A stretch of DNA of 64,000 nt, taken from NCBI GenBank assembly GCA_030390025.1, contig JASTWF010000344.1:372001-436000 (forward strand), in the 5' to 3' direction. Numbering within the stretch: the first letter of the stretch is position 1; every line of letters starts with the position of its first letter. Both the position numbers and the translations under genes were made by a program. This document shows, piece by piece, positions 1-12,438 of this stretch. The stretch comes from Squalus acanthias. Taxonomy: Eukaryota. The notes beneath the pieces were generated by a model that was not told where the DNA came from, made no database searches, and saw only the letters and a program-made list of their open reading frames with translations.

Positions 1-3000
1 AGTGACAGTCCCTGTGTGTGTATTACCGGACAGTGACAGTCCCTGTGTAATACAGGACAGTGACAGTCCCTGTGTATTACAGGACAGTGACAGACTCTGT
101 ATTACAGGACAGTGACAGTCCCTGTGTATTACAGGACAGTGACAGTCCCTGTGTATTACAGGACAGTGACAGACCCTGTGTGTGTATTACAGGACAGTGA
201 CAGTCACTGTGTATCACAGGACAGTGACAGTCCCTGTGTATTACAGGACAGTGACAGACCCTGTGTGTGTTTTACAGGACAGTGACAGACCCTGTGTGTG
301 TATTACAGGACAGTGACAGTCCCTGTCTGTGTATTACACGACAGTGACAGTCCCTGTCTGTGTATTACACGACAGTGACAGTCCCTGTCTGTGTATTACA
401 CGACAGTGACAGTCCCTGTCTGTGTATTACACGACAGTGACAGTCCCTGTGTGTGTATTATAGGACAGTGACAGTCCCTGTGTATTACAGGACAGTGACA
501 GACCCTGTGTCATACAGGACAGTGACACACCCTGTGTGTGTATTACACGACAGTGACAGTCTCTGTGTATGACAGGACAGTGACGGACCCTGTGTATTAC
601 AGGACAGTGACAGACCCTGTGTGTGTATTACAGGACAGTGACAGTCTCTGTATATTACAGGACAGTGACAGTACCTCTGTATTACAGGACAGTGACAGTC
701 CCTGTCTGTGTATTACAGGACAGTGACAGACCCTGTGTGTGTATTACAGGACAGTGACAGTCCCTGTCTGTGTATTACACGACAGTGACAGTCCCTGTGT
801 GTGTATTACAGGACAGTGACAGACCCTGTGTGTGTACTACAGGACAGTGACAGTCTCTGTATTATAGGACAGTGACAGTCCCGGTGTATTACAGGACAGT
901 GACACACCCTGTGTGTGTATTACAGGACAGTGACAGTCCCTGTCTGTGTATTACAGGACAGTGACAGTCCCTGTCTGTGTATTACAGGACAGTGACAGTC
1001 CCTGTCTGTGTATTACAGGACAGTGACAGTCTCTGTATTACAGGACAGTGACAGTCCCTGTGTATTACAGGACAGTGACAGTCCCTGTGTATTACAGGAC
1101 AGTGACAGTCCCTGTGTATTACAGGACAGTGACAGTCCCTGTGTATTACAGGACAGTGACAGTCCCTGTGTATTACAGGACAGTGACAGTCCCTGTGTAT
1201 TACAGGACAGTGACAGTCCCTGTGTATTACAGGACAGTGACAGTCCCTGTGTATTACAGGACAGTGACAGTGCCTGTGTATTACAGGACAGTGACAGACC
1301 CTGTGTGTGTATTACAGGACAGTGACAGTCTCTGTATATTACAGGACAGTGACAGTACCTATGTATTACAGGACAGTGACAGTCTCTGTGTATTACAGGA
1401 CAGTGACAGTACCTGTGTATTCCAGGACAGTGACAGTCCCTGTGTGTGTATTACAGCACAGTGACAGTCCCTGTGCAAGTATTACAGGACAGTGACAGAC
1501 CCTGTGTGTGTATTACAGGACAGTGACAGACCCTGTGTGTGTATTACAGGACAGTGACAGACCCTGTGTGTGTATTACAGGACAGTGACAGTCCCTGTGT
1601 ATTACAGGACAGTGACGGTCCCTGTGTGTGTATTACAGGACAGTGACAGTCCCTGTGTATTACAGGACAGTGACAGTCCCTGTGTAATACAGGACAGTGA
1701 CAGTACCTGTGTATTACAGGACAGTGACAGTACCTGTGTATTACAGGACAGTGACAGTCCCTGTGTGTGTATTACAGGACAGTGACAGTCCCTGTGCAAG
1801 TATTACAGGACAGTGACAGACCCTGTGTGTGTATTACAGGACAGTGACAGACCGTGTGTGTGTATTACAGGACAGTGACAGACCCTGTGTGTGTATTACA
1901 GGACAGTGACAGTCCCTGTGTATTACAGGACAGTGACGGTCCCTGTGTGTATTACAGGACAGTGACAGTCCCTGTGTGTGTATTACCAGACAGTGACAGC
2001 CTGTGTATTACAGGACAGTGACAGACCCTGTGTGTGTATTACAGGACAGTGACAAACCCTGTGTGTGTATTACAGGACAGTGACAGTCCCTGTGTATTAC
2101 AGGACAGTGACGGTCCCTGTGTGTGTATTACAGGACAGTGACAGTCCCTGTGTGTGTATTACCGGACAGTGACAGTCCCTGTGTATTACAGGACAGTGAC
2201 GGTCCCTGTGTGTGTATTACAGGACAGTGACAGTCCCTGTGCGTGTATTACAGGACAGTGACGGTCCCTGTGTGTGTATTACAGGACAGTGACAGTCCCT
2301 GTGTGTGTATTACCGGACAGTGACAGTCCCTGTGTAATACAGGACAGTGACAGTCCCTGTGTATTACAGGACAGTGACAGTCCCTGTGTATTACAGGACA
2401 GTGACAGTCCCTGTGTATAACAGGACAGTGACAGTCCCTGTGTATAACAGGACAGTGACAGTCCCTGTGTGTGTATTACCGGACAGTGACAGTCTCTGTA
2501 TTACAGGACAGCGACAGTCCCTGTGTATTACAGGACAGTGACAGTCCCTGTGTATTACAGGACAGTGACAGACCCTGTGTGTGTATTACAGGACAGTGAC
2601 AGTCCCTGTGTATTACAGGACAGTGACAGTCCCTGTGTATTGCAGGACAGTGACAGTCCCTGTGTGTGTTTTACAGGACAGTGACAGACCCTGTGTGTGT
2701 ATTGCAGGACAGTGACAGTCCCTGTCTGTGCATTACACGACAGTAACAGTCCCTGTGTGTGTATTGCAGGACAGTGACAGACCCTGTGTGTGTATTACAG
2801 GACAGTGACAGTCTCTGTGTGTGAATTACAAGACAATGCCAGTCCCTGTGTGTGTATTAAAGGACAGTGACAGTCTCTGTATTACAGGACAGTGACAGTC
2901 CCTGTGTATTACAGGACAGTGACAGACCCTGTGTCATACAGGACAGTGACAGACCCTGTGTCATACAGGACAGTGACACACCCTGTGTAATACAGGACAG

Positions 3001-3708
3001 TGACACACCCTGTGTAATACAGGACAGTGACACACCCTGTGTAATACAGGACAGTGACACACCCTGTGTAATACAGGACAGTGACACACCCTGTGTGTGT
3101 ATTACAGGACAGTGACAGACCCTGTGTGTGTATTACAGGACAGTGACAGACCCTGTATATTACAGGACAGTGACAGACTCTGTATTACAGGACAGTGACA
3201 GTCCCTGTGTGTGTATTACAGGACAGTGACAGACACTGTGTGTGTATTACAGGACAGTGACAGACCCTGTGTGTGTATTACAGGACAGTGACAGACCCTG
3301 TGTGTGTATTACAGGACAGTGACAGACCCTGTGTGTGTATTACAGGACAGTGACAGACCCTGTGTGTGTATTACAGGACAGTGACAGTCTCTGTATATTA
3401 CAGGACAGTGACAGTCCCTGTCTGTGTATTACAGGACAGTGACAGTCTCTGTGTATTACAGGACAGTGACAGTCCCTGTGTATTACAGGACAGTGACAGT
3501 CCCTGTGTATTACAGGACAGTGACAGTCCCTGTGTATTACAGGACAGTGACAGTCCCTGTGTATTGCAGGACAGTGACAGTCCCTGTGTATTACAGGACA
3601 GTGACAGTCTCTGTATATTACAGGACAGTGACAGACCCTGTGTAATACAGCAGTGACAGACCCGGTGTGTGTATGACAGGACAGTGACAGTCTCTGTGTG
3701 TGTGTATT

Positions 3709-3906
3709 ACAAAATTGAGAGGTCGCACAACACCAGGTTATAGTCCAACAGTTTTATTTGAAATCACAAGCTTTCGGAGCTATCGATTTGCAAATCGATA
3801 GCTCCGAAAGCTTGTGATTTCAAATAAAACTGTTGGACTATAACCTGGTGTTGTGCGACCTCTCAATTTTGTCCACCCCAGTCCAACACCGGCATCTCCG
3901 CATCAT
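3709..3906 (+). mobile_element. Palindromic Penelope-pLTR-like short insertion, copy A (164-bp perfect inverted repeat + tail; ribozyme core absent)
   Basis: Inverted repeat 3709-3872 centred at TTTG|CAAA; tail CCACCCCAGTCCAACACCGGCATCTCCGCATCAT; duplication TGTGTATTACA at 3701-3711 and 3906-3916; matching empty site near 4290-4330. Confidence 0.85.
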
Positions 3907-4084
3907 GTGTATTACAAGACAGTGACAGACCCTGTGTGTGTATTACAGGACAGTGACAGTCCCTGCATATTACAGGACAGTGACAGACCCTGTGTATTAC
4001 AGGACAGTGACAGACCCTGTGTGTGTTTCACAGGACAGTGACAGTCCCTGTCTGTGTATTACAGGACAGTGACAGTCCCTGTGT

Positions 4085-4166
4085 CCTCACTTCACCCGAC
4101 GAAGGAGTTTTAACTCCGAAAGCTTGTGATTTAAAATAAAACTGTTGGACTATAACCTGGTGTTGT
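4085..4166 (+). mobile_element. Single-arm fragment of the same family with a degenerate hammerhead (CCGACGA instead of CTGACGA)
   Basis: TTCAC-CCGACGA-A-GGAGTT-TT-AACTCC-GAAAGCTT-GTGA followed by the family arm sequence. Confidence 0.8.
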
Positions 4167-4544
4167 ATTACAGGACAGTGACAGTCTCTGTATTATGGGA
4201 CAGTGACAGTCCCTGTGTATTACAGGACAGTGACAGACCCTGTGTAATACAGCACAGTGACAGACCCGGTGTGTGTATGACAGGACAGTGACAGTCTCTG
4301 TGTGTGTATTACAAGACAGTGACAGACCCTGTGTGTGTATTACAGGACAGTGACAGTCCCTGCATATTACAGGACAGTGACAGACCCTGTGTATTACAGG
4401 ACAGTGACAGACCCTGTGTGTGTTTCACAGGACAGTGACAGTCCCTGTCTGTGTATTACAGGACAGTGACAGTCCCTGTCTGTGTATTACAGGACAGTGA
4501 CAGTCCCTGTCTGTGGATTACAGGACAGTGACAGTCCCTGTGTC

Positions 4545-4626
4545 CTCACTTCACCCGACGAAGGAGTTTTAACTCCGAAAGCTTGTGATTTAAAATAAAA
4601 CTGTTGGACTATAACCTGGTGTTGTA
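4545..4626 (+). mobile_element. Second single-arm fragment, duplicated together with the surrounding satellite
   Basis: Same sequence as 4085-4166 with the same flanking satellite variants, 460 bp downstream. Confidence 0.8.
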
Positions 4627-5650
4627 TTACAGGACAGTGACAGTCTCTGTATTATAGGACAGTGACAGTCCCTGTGTATTACAGGACAGTGACAGACCCT
4701 GTGTAATACAGGACAGTGACAGACCCTGTGTGTGTATTACACGACAGTGACAGTCCCTGTCTGTGTATTACAGGACAGTGACAGACCCTGTGTGTGTTTT
4801 ACAGGACAGTGACAGTCCCTGTGTGTGTATTACAGGACAGTGACAGACCCTGTGTGTGTTTTACAGGACAGTGACAGTCCCTGTGTGTGTATTACAAGAC
4901 AGTGACAGTCCCTCCCTGTGTAATACAGGACAGTGACAGTCCCTGTGTGTGTTTTACAGGACAGTGACAGACACTGTGTGTGTATTACAGGACAGTGACA
5001 GTCTCTGTGTGTGTATTACAGGGCAGTGACAGTCCCTGTCTGTGTATTACAGGACAGTGACAGTCCCTGTGTGTGTATTACAGGACAGTGACAGACCCTG
5101 TGTGTGTATTACAGGACAGTGACAGACCCTGTGTGTGTATTACAGGACAGTGACAGACCCTGTGTGTGTATTACAGGACAGTGACAGACCCTGTGTGTGT
5201 ATTACAGGACAGTGACAGACCCTGTGTGTGTATTACAGGACAGTGACAGTCCCTCTGTGTGTATTACAGGATAGTGACAGTCCCTGTGTGTGTATTACAG
5301 GACAGTGACAGACACTGTGTGTGTATTACAGGACAGTGACAGTCTCTGTGTGTGTATTAGAGGATAGTGACAGTCCCTGTGTATTACAGGACAGTGACAG
5401 TCCCTGTGTGTGTATTAGATAGTGACAGTCCCTGTGTATTACAGGACAGTGACAGTCCCTGTGTGTGTATTAGAGTACAGTGACAGTCCCTGTGTATTTC
5501 AGGGCAGGCACAGTACCTGTGTGTGTATTACAGGACAATGTCCTGCTACCACTTCATCTCCCAATCCTTTTCGGACACACAGCGAACGGAGTCCTTGTAC
5601 TTGTTTTGGAAGGTGGGACGCAGATCAGTGTAATGCCCAGTGCTGACTAG

Positions 5651-6430
5651 ACATAAGAACATAAGAAGTAAGAGCAGGAGTAGGCCATACGGCCCCTCGA
5701 GCCTGTTCCGCCATTCAATAAGATCATGGCTGAACTTCGTCGTCAATTCCATTTTCCTGCCCGATCTCCATATTGCTTGATTCCCCTAGAGTCCATAAAT
5801 CTATCGATCTCAGCCTTGAATATACTCAACATTCACAGCCCTTTGGGGCAGAGAATTCCTAAGATTCACAACCCTCTTAAGTGAAGAAATTCCTCATCTC
5901 AGTCTTAAATGGCCGACCTCTTACTCCCTCGTTCTAGACTCTACAGCCATGGGAAACAACCTCTCAGCACCTACCCCGTCAATCCCCCTCAGAACCTTGG
6001 ACGTTTCAATGAGATCACCTCGCATTCTTCTAAACTCTAGAGAGTGTAAGACCATTCTGCACAATCTCTCATCATAGGACAGCCCTCTCATCCCAGGAAT
6101 CAATCTGGTGAACCTTCGTTGCACCGTCTCCAAGGCAATATCCTTCCTTCGATTAGGAGACCAAAACTGTGCACAGTACTCCAGGTGTGGTCTCAGCAAA
6201 GCCCTGTACAATTGTAGTCAGACTTCCTTACTCTTTCACTCCTACCCCCTTGCAATAAAGGCCAACATGTCATTTGCCTTCCTAATTGCTTGCTGTACCT
6301 GTATATTAACTCTGTGTTTCCTGTACGAGCACACCTAAATCTCTCTGAACACCAAGATTTAATAGTTTCTCACTATTTAGAAAATATTCTGTTTTTCTAT
6401 TCTTCATACCAAAGTGAATAACCTCATATT
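5651..6430 (-). mobile_element. CR1-type LINE, 3' fragment
   Basis: ORF 5921-6211 (YRALLRPHLEYCAQFWSP...RRMRGDLIE) and a TTCTTATG-repeat tail at 5651. Confidence 0.9.
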
Positions 6431-6619
6431 AAAAAGGTGGGTGAGAAAGGTTAGAAATTATAATTCCACATTCCACATTATTTATGTGCACGGAAAGTCA
6501 ACAGATTATTTACATACATTTGTCTTATGAACCTCGCCTGCTTTTGCACACTGCTCCCACTCCAGAAATAAGATCAAAAGGCTACAGAATACTTCAACCC
6601 AGGAGCAGCTTTGTGCCAG

Positions 6620-6965
6620 CTCCCTCCCCACCTGCCCTTTCCCCATCCTCCCTTGCCCCCAACCCACCATCCTGCCCTCGCCCAACCGCCCCCACCCCAC
6701 CCAACCACCCGCCCCTCCCCACCGCCCTCCTCCCCACCAAACTGCCACCTCCCCGCGCGCCACCTCCCCAACTGCCCCCACCCCACCCAACCACCCGCCC
6801 CTCCCCACCGCCCTCTCCCCACCAACCTTGCCCCCACCCACCCTCGCTGCCCCTCGCCCAACCGCCCCCACCCCACCCAACCACCCGCCCCTCCCCACCG
6901 CCCTCCCCCCACCAAACTGCCACCTTCCCAACCACCCCCTCCCCCCACCACCACCCTTGCCCACC
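6620..6965. repeat. C-rich low-complexity/tandem tract (G-rich on the CRTC1 sense strand)
   Basis: Repeated CCCCCACCCCACCCAACCACCCGCCCCTCCCCACCGCCCTC blocks. Confidence 0.85.
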
Positions 6966-7099
6966 AAGGTCTAAACATAATGATGTCTTGAATTCTTAAC
7001 TCAGATCACACCAGCCTTTCGCTGTTACAGCCAATGAGCGATTATCGACAGATAGACTGACCGAGATTGAAGCTTTCGTTTAGGAAAAGTGTCCCTCAC

Positions 7100-7161
7100 C
7101 TTCTCCAGCTGGTGTCAGGTGGGGGCGACAGATAGATCGAACCATAGGGACAGCTGTCTGC
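7100..7161 (-). CDS. CRTC1: CRTC1 coding exon 4 (62 nt, [21 protein letters not shown])
   Basis: Manual translation matches CRTC1 [18 protein letters not shown]; preceded by an AC acceptor with U12 branch point; followed by GTGAGG donor. Not in the ORF track. Confidence 0.93.
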
Positions 7162-7321
7162 GTGCTGCGGAGTCAAGGAAACTTCAGAGAACAGAACGGA
7201 TTCTGCAACAAACTGTTAAAACTGTGCAAAAAATTAATATTTTACACAGAGCTCCTATCCTGTGGAGCAATATGTACTGCAGTAAGAACCAACTTCAAAC
7301 CTTTGTGTACCATTTGACTCT

Positions 7322-8425
7322 GAACTGAGTATCCGACCCCATATCCTCTCCATCACCAAGACAGCCTACTTCGACCTCAGTAACATCGCCCGACTCCGCC
7401 CCACCTCAGCTCTTCTGCTGCTGAAACCCTCATCCATGCCTTTGTTACCTCTAGAATCATACAGCACAGGAGGCCATGCGGCCCATCGAGTCTGCACCGG
7501 CTCCTTCGAAGAGCGATCCAGTTAGTCCCATTCCCCCCGCTCTTTCCCCACATCCCTGCAATTTTTTCCCCCTTCAAGTATTTATCCAATTCCCTTCTGA
7601 AGGCTGCTATTGAATCTGTATCCAACACCCTATCAGGCAGGTTAATCCTAACCACTCGTGTAAAAAAGTTTTTCCTTAAGTCGCCGCTGGTTCTTTTGCC
7701 AATCACCTCAAATCTGTGCCCTCTGGTTATCGGCCCTTCAGCCATTGGAAACAGTTTCTCTTTATTTACTCTGTCTCAACCCTTTATGATTTTAAACACC
7801 TCTATCAAATCTCCTCTTAACCTTCTCTGCTCTAAGGAGAACAACCCCAGCTTCTCCAGTCTCTCCACGTAACTGAAGTCCCTCATCCCTGGAACCGCTC
7901 TCGTAAATCTCCTCTGCACCTTCTCCAAAGCCTTCATGTCCTTCCTAACGTGTGGTGCCCAGAATTGGACACGATATTTCAGCTGGGGCCGAACTAGTGT
8001 TTTCTATAGATTTAGCACAACTTCCTAGCTTTTGTACTCTCTGCCTCGATTTACAAAGCCCAGGATCCCATATGCTTTATTAACTGCTTTGTTAACCTGT
8101 CCTGCCACCTTCAAAGACTTGTGCACAAACACCCCAGGTCTCTCTCTTCTTGCACCCCCTATAAAATTGTAATCATTTAGCTTGTATTGTTTCTCCTCAT
8201 TCTGTTGCCGAGGCCCTGAGCTCTGGAATTCCCTCCTTAAACTTCTCCGCCCCTCTATCCTCCTTTAAAATGCTCCTTAATAGCTACTTCTTTGACCAAG
8301 CTTTTGGTCACCTGTCCTAATACCTCTTTATGTGGCTTGGTGTCAAATTTTATTTGATAACGTCCTGTGAAGCACCTTGGGATGTTTTACTACATTAAAG
8401 GCGCTACATAAATGTAAGTTGTTGT
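7322..8425 (+). mobile_element. Degenerate L2-type LINE 3' portion (7322-7455 and 8206-8425), split by a CR1 insertion
   Basis: Reads like the L2 RT C-terminus (AETLIHAFVTSR-type); 3' end CTCTGGAATTCCCTCC...GGCGCTACATAAATGTAAGTTGTTG. Confidence 0.65.
7453..8205 (-). mobile_element. CR1-type LINE, 3' fragment
   Basis: ORF 7377-7745 (TRGHRFEVIGKR...RRELDKYL) typical of the CR1 ORF2 C-terminus. Confidence 0.88.
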
Positions 8426-8931
8426 CAAGTCAATCATCATTAGATTTATATTAGGTCATGATGCCAATTTCGTGTGCATAAGTCAATACCGTACATTTAT
8501 AATACAAGACTTCACCAATAATCCTTAAAATTATACAGCGCATCATCTTCTTCTTATCACATATCAAGTGCTTCATACAGCGAAACACATTGAAATGTGT
8601 GCGTGCTGATATTGAGGTGCACGGCCACTTAATGTTTCTTTTGGAGGGCAGAATGTTGGTCAGGAAACCGAGAGAATCCTTCCCTTGAAAATACTCCCTG
8701 GGGTGGAAGACTGAGATTCTCAGACCAGGACCAGAGGCCGGACACCATCTGTCAAAAGGATCTTCAGGAGTAGATCCCAACACATCGAAGCAACGTGACT
8801 TTTCTAACCCTGCTTGTGAGGCTTTACCTGGCAGTCTCAGTGAGAGATCCTCACCGCAGGTCTTTTTCCTCTATGCTTCATGCTCTGGACCACATTTCAG
8901 CATCCACACCATACTGACAGAGGAAGGATAT

Positions 8932-9069
8932 CTGACGCCCGTGTTTGTCAACAGGAATGGCACGGCGGTGTGGCGAGCCCAGCCGGTTTCTGTCCCTGTA
9001 GACCCGGTCGACCAAACCATGATGCCTGGTCGATCTACTCGTGTCCAAGGCAGACGACTGGAATGGAGT
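8932..9069 (-). CDS. CRTC1: CRTC1 coding exon 3 (138 nt, [46 protein letters not shown])
   Basis: Within ORF 8878-9123; CAG acceptor at 9072-9070; AT donor; matches CRTC1 RHHGLVDRV...VDKHGRQ. Confidence 0.95.
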
Positions 9070-9734
9070 CTGCAACACAAACAGGATGAGACCTTCAGTA
9101 TTATGCACACCTGCTTCAGACATGCTGCACTCTGCACGTCTAGTACTAATTCAGAATTGCCTTTTATTTTTCTCCTCGTTAGCAGGACTAACAGTGCAGG
9201 GTTTCGTCTTTTATACATCAATACTTAGCTCAGACTTTGCCCCTGGGTGTCAGGTTTCACCTGATGGCGGGCCTACCTGTGGAGCTCAGGAGGTTGTTTT
9301 AACCCAGCGGTTTACTATAAACCCCGGTAGATTGCTGCAGCACACCTGGAGCCAGTGCTGGGTCCTGTAGTGTGCACATTTAAACAAGTCCGTCAGGGGA
9401 GGTTAACACATGGAGCAAGCACTGCATTGTGATCAGTAACGGGAACACTAGCTATTTTCCCCACTCCTTAACCCAGGGACACTGGAATCGATTGAAGCAG
9501 CTCCACTGAGACCCGCTAACAGCAGGCGGAGGAGGACGCTCTGCTCTTGTGGCCAAGTTTCTGCAAGCCAATCGAGCAGACTGCCAATGTTCAGACACTG
9601 AATGGACTTGGATTGAGGCCCCCTGCCTGCTTCAATGACTGGCATGGAAGGGGGGGACTAAAGAGATTGAGAATAACTTTGGAGGAGGAATATTGAAGGA
9701 TCTACAATATAAACCCAGATCTCAACTGTAGTCA

Positions 9735-9860
9735 AGGTCATCGACCTGAAACGTTTAACTCTGTTTCTCTCTCCACAGATGCTGCCTGACCTGCTGAGCA
9801 CTTCCAGCATCTTCTGTTTTTAATTCACATTTCCAGCATCCGCAGTATTTTGCTTTTGTT
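9735..9860 (+). mobile_element. Solo 3' (pLTR) fragment of the Penelope family at 12350-14803
   Basis: AGGTCATCGACCTGAAACGTT...CACAGATGCTGCCTGACCTGCTGAG matches the reverse complement of 12361-12430. Confidence 0.75.
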
Positions 9861-10781
9861 GTCATCAACTTACTTGTTTACAAGTCGACTCGGTCAAACA
9901 GGAATTCGATACAAGCGGGGGGCCGTTTCATTTTGTTCCTGGCCTCCCACACTGTGCCTTTACTCCAGTGTGTGGACTCATCGCTAGTCACTCTCCGGCA
10001 AAGAGGCAGGGTTGCTGCATCCCCCACAGTGTGACTGAAAAGATCCGATTAAATCTACAATAAGTGTCCCTTTTCTTACTCACACCATGGATAATGGGTC
10101 AGCCCAAACTCTTGGGGCACCTCTTGCTGGGAGGGGGTGGTGCTGACTCCCTGCACTGATACTGGCCGCTGAGCAGCCCAGCAAACAAGCTGAAAAATAG
10201 AGGCAAAAGTGTTTACTTGTGCACAAAGCAACAACTCGCTTACAAGCAGCATCTGTGCACGGGGAGATTCACTCTCTCCCTCACAACACAACGTCACTCA
10301 GCCCTCTCCCCTACTTGTGTGATGGTCATTCTGAGTTTAAATTCTGTTTGAAAACTGAAGTTTGTAGTCAGGTGATTTTAATAGTCACCGAGTTAGCTGA
10401 TCAGTGACCAGAGTACAGAATCCATCAGCAACAATCAGTTCAATACATGCGGCACTATTCCTTGGTGGATCAGTAATCCAGCTCTGCTGCTTCACAACAA
10501 CCCAAATCCAGGGCAGGCATTGAGCAGAGACCAGACTCAGCCATTTCATCAGTGCCTGAGAATCCAGAGACTCTCGACTCCACTTCCTCTGCACTTGATC
10601 AAGAGCAGCATTTGCACAGACCTGGGTGCTGTTTACCTGACGGGCATGCAGTAGGGTGGCACAGGATGATGGTGTGTTGGTGGAATGTGGGGGAGAGACA
10701 CAAAACACACAAAATTTGGAGAGCTTTTGTTTTTAAAAAGAGGGCAATAATTATCTCCCTTTCTTCATATTCTGCCGCTGC

Positions 10782-11034
10782 CCCGGAGAGGGGTTAGTGA
10801 CAACACACACAGCGAGTGACCAGCGCAGGATGGGTCAGTTTCTCACCCGGAGAGGGGTTAGTGACAACACACACAGCGAGTGACCAGCGCAGGATGGGGC
10901 CAGTTTCTCACCCGGAGAGGGGTTAGTGACACACACACAGCGAGTGACCAGCGCAGGATGGGGCCAGTTTCTCACCGGAGAGGGGTTAGTGACACACACA
11001 CAGCGAGTGACCAGCGCAGGATGGGGCCAGTTCC
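10782..11034. repeat. Four tandem copies of an approximately 63-65 bp unit
   Basis: CCGGAGAGGGGTTAGTGAC(A)ACACACACAGCGAGTGACCAGCGCAGGATGGGGCCAGTTTCTCAC repeated. Confidence 0.92.
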
Positions 11035-11720
11035 TCAGTCCTCTTTTACCCTTTAATCACTTGTTGCGAATTGTTTTGTTAATTCTTAATAAAAATCCCT
11101 TCTCTTCTCCCTAAAAGTGAATCTTAGTGCAGATTAAAAGCTCCCATCTCCAGATAGTACGCAACTGACAAGTGAACAGAGATTCACATCGGGCAGCCCC
11201 TTGCAATGGCTGCACAGCCGACTAGCTATTACCTGCTGATGCTCATGACCCACTGGCTCAGAGGGGAGTGCAAACGCTGCAGGCAATGCAGGATATTGGG
11301 AGCGGGAACCCTAACACCCAACTTTCATTTTGCTGAGGAACATTGTACCTGCCACAGATCTGTAGAGACCATCGAGAGATAGCGGTGGTCTTTAGCCCCT
11401 CATGTATTAGCACCGAGTGAGTGAGACACAAAAGCGGACTTTGTATGGGGCTCTTTATAAGAAGTTGCATCCATATTGAATTGAGAAGTTTTAAAATTCT
11501 GATTTGATCTCTACCTCACTATTTGCTCTGTGCGGATGCATTCTGTGAATTCAAATCAGGTGTAAGCTCAGAACGAGCTTCTGATTGGGACCAGCCTCTG
11601 CGAAGCATTAACCCTGCCCTCTGTTCTTTCTCTTTCCGATGTCGAGGGAGCTGCTGTGTATTTCCCGGTTTTATTTCTGGTATGTGTGTTTTTTCTTGTT
11701 AAACCTAAAGATAAACTTAC

Positions 11721-11837
11721 CTGGAAAGGGAGGTCCAGAGCGGTGCTCCCAATCTGGTTGACGTTGGGAAGGGAGCCTCCATAGTACTGACCCCGGCCCT
11801 GTCCCAGCTGTAAATACTGAGATTTCTGCAACTGTAA
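11721..11837 (-). CDS. CRTC1: CRTC1 coding exon 2 (117 nt, [39 protein letters not shown])
   Basis: [12 protein letters not shown] is the conserved CRTC motif; CAG acceptor at 11840-11838; GTAAGT donor at 11720. Confidence 0.96.
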
Positions 11838-12401
11838 CTGAGAACAAAGAAAAACAGGCTCATTACAAACAAACTAACAGGAGCTGAGACACCAGCCACG
11901 GAACCTTCCGCAACCTCTCTGGGAACGATATGACAGGACATACCAATGACACCAGCGGGCACTGCCCAGACAGCTACTGCTCACACTAAAACTGAATAAA
12001 ACTCATGGAATACTGCACAGCATAAAAACAGGAACCTGGGAAGATAACTGGGCTAAAAGGGTTAAATTATGAGGGGGCAGGTTGCATGGACTAGGCTTGT
12101 ATTCCCTGGAGTATTGGTGGCATAGTAAGTAGTGTAGATGGGAGCATAAAATTACCAAGAGACATTGATAGATTAAGTGAGTGGGCAAAACTGTGGCAGA
12201 TGGATTTCAATGCAGGTAAGTGTGAGGTCATCCATTTTGGACCAAAAAATGGATAGATCTGAGTATTATTTAAATGGTGAAAAGCTAGGAACAGTGGCGG
12301 TCCAAAGAGATTGAGGTGTCCGTGTACACAGATCACTGAAATGTAGTATATAAAAGCAGAAAATGCTGGAAATACTCAGGTCAGGCAGCATCTGTGGAGA
12401 G

Positions 12402-12438
12402 AGTTAACGTTCCAGGTCGATGACCTTTCGTCAGAACT
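12402..12438 (-). ncRNA. Minimal type-I hammerhead motif in the Penelope 3' end (core GAAA mutated to GGAA)
   Basis: Minus strand: AGTT-CTGACGA-A-AGGTC-ATC-GACCT-GGAA-CG-TT-AACT; stem I AGTT/AACT, stem II AGGTC/GACCT. Confidence 0.7.

Larger units (their letters stand above)
1..5537. repeat. Minisatellite, 27-bp unit GTATTACAGGACAGTGACAGTCCCTGT with 31-bp (+GTGT) variants, in CRTC1 intron 4
   Basis: Tandem periodicity visible directly; ORF track shows 9-aa repeats (VLQDSDSPC / YYRTVTVPV). Confidence 0.97.
7162..8931 (-). other. CRTC1: U12-type (minor spliceosome) AT-AC intron, CRTC1 intron 3, 1770 nt
   Basis: 5' splice site ATATCCTTCC (8931-8922); branch site TTTCCTTGAC (7181-7172); 3' end AC (7163-7162); joins exons 3 and 4 in frame. 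Confidence 0.93.

Noticed and set aside
1455..1470. CACAGTG resembling a V(D)J recombination signal heptamer in the satellite
   Set aside because: Sporadic variant of GACAGTG with no nonamer at 12/23 spacing and no antigen-receptor segments.
3709..3872. Palindromes as MITEs or pre-miRNAs
   Set aside because: The asymmetric tail outside the inverted repeat, variable 11-16 bp TSDs and variable centres do not fit cut-and-paste TIR elements, and the stems are too long and perfect for miRNA precursors.
1..5537. Repetitive ORFs, and a CRISPR-like look of constant repeat with variable spacing
   Set aside because: Units abut directly with no unique spacers, there are no cas genes and the context is eukaryotic. 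The ORFs result from a 27-bp period.
5540..7099. Search for CRTC1 exon 5 (TNSDSALH motif)
   Set aside because: No matching sequence seen; it probably lies left of the window.
9430..9510. Faint SINE-like remnants here and near 10390-10560, 11290-11330 and 61690-61800
   Set aside because: Too degenerate to assign or delimit without an alignment.
10782..11034. GGGGTTAG as interstitial telomere sequence
   Set aside because: One partial motif per unit; no (TTAGGG)n run.
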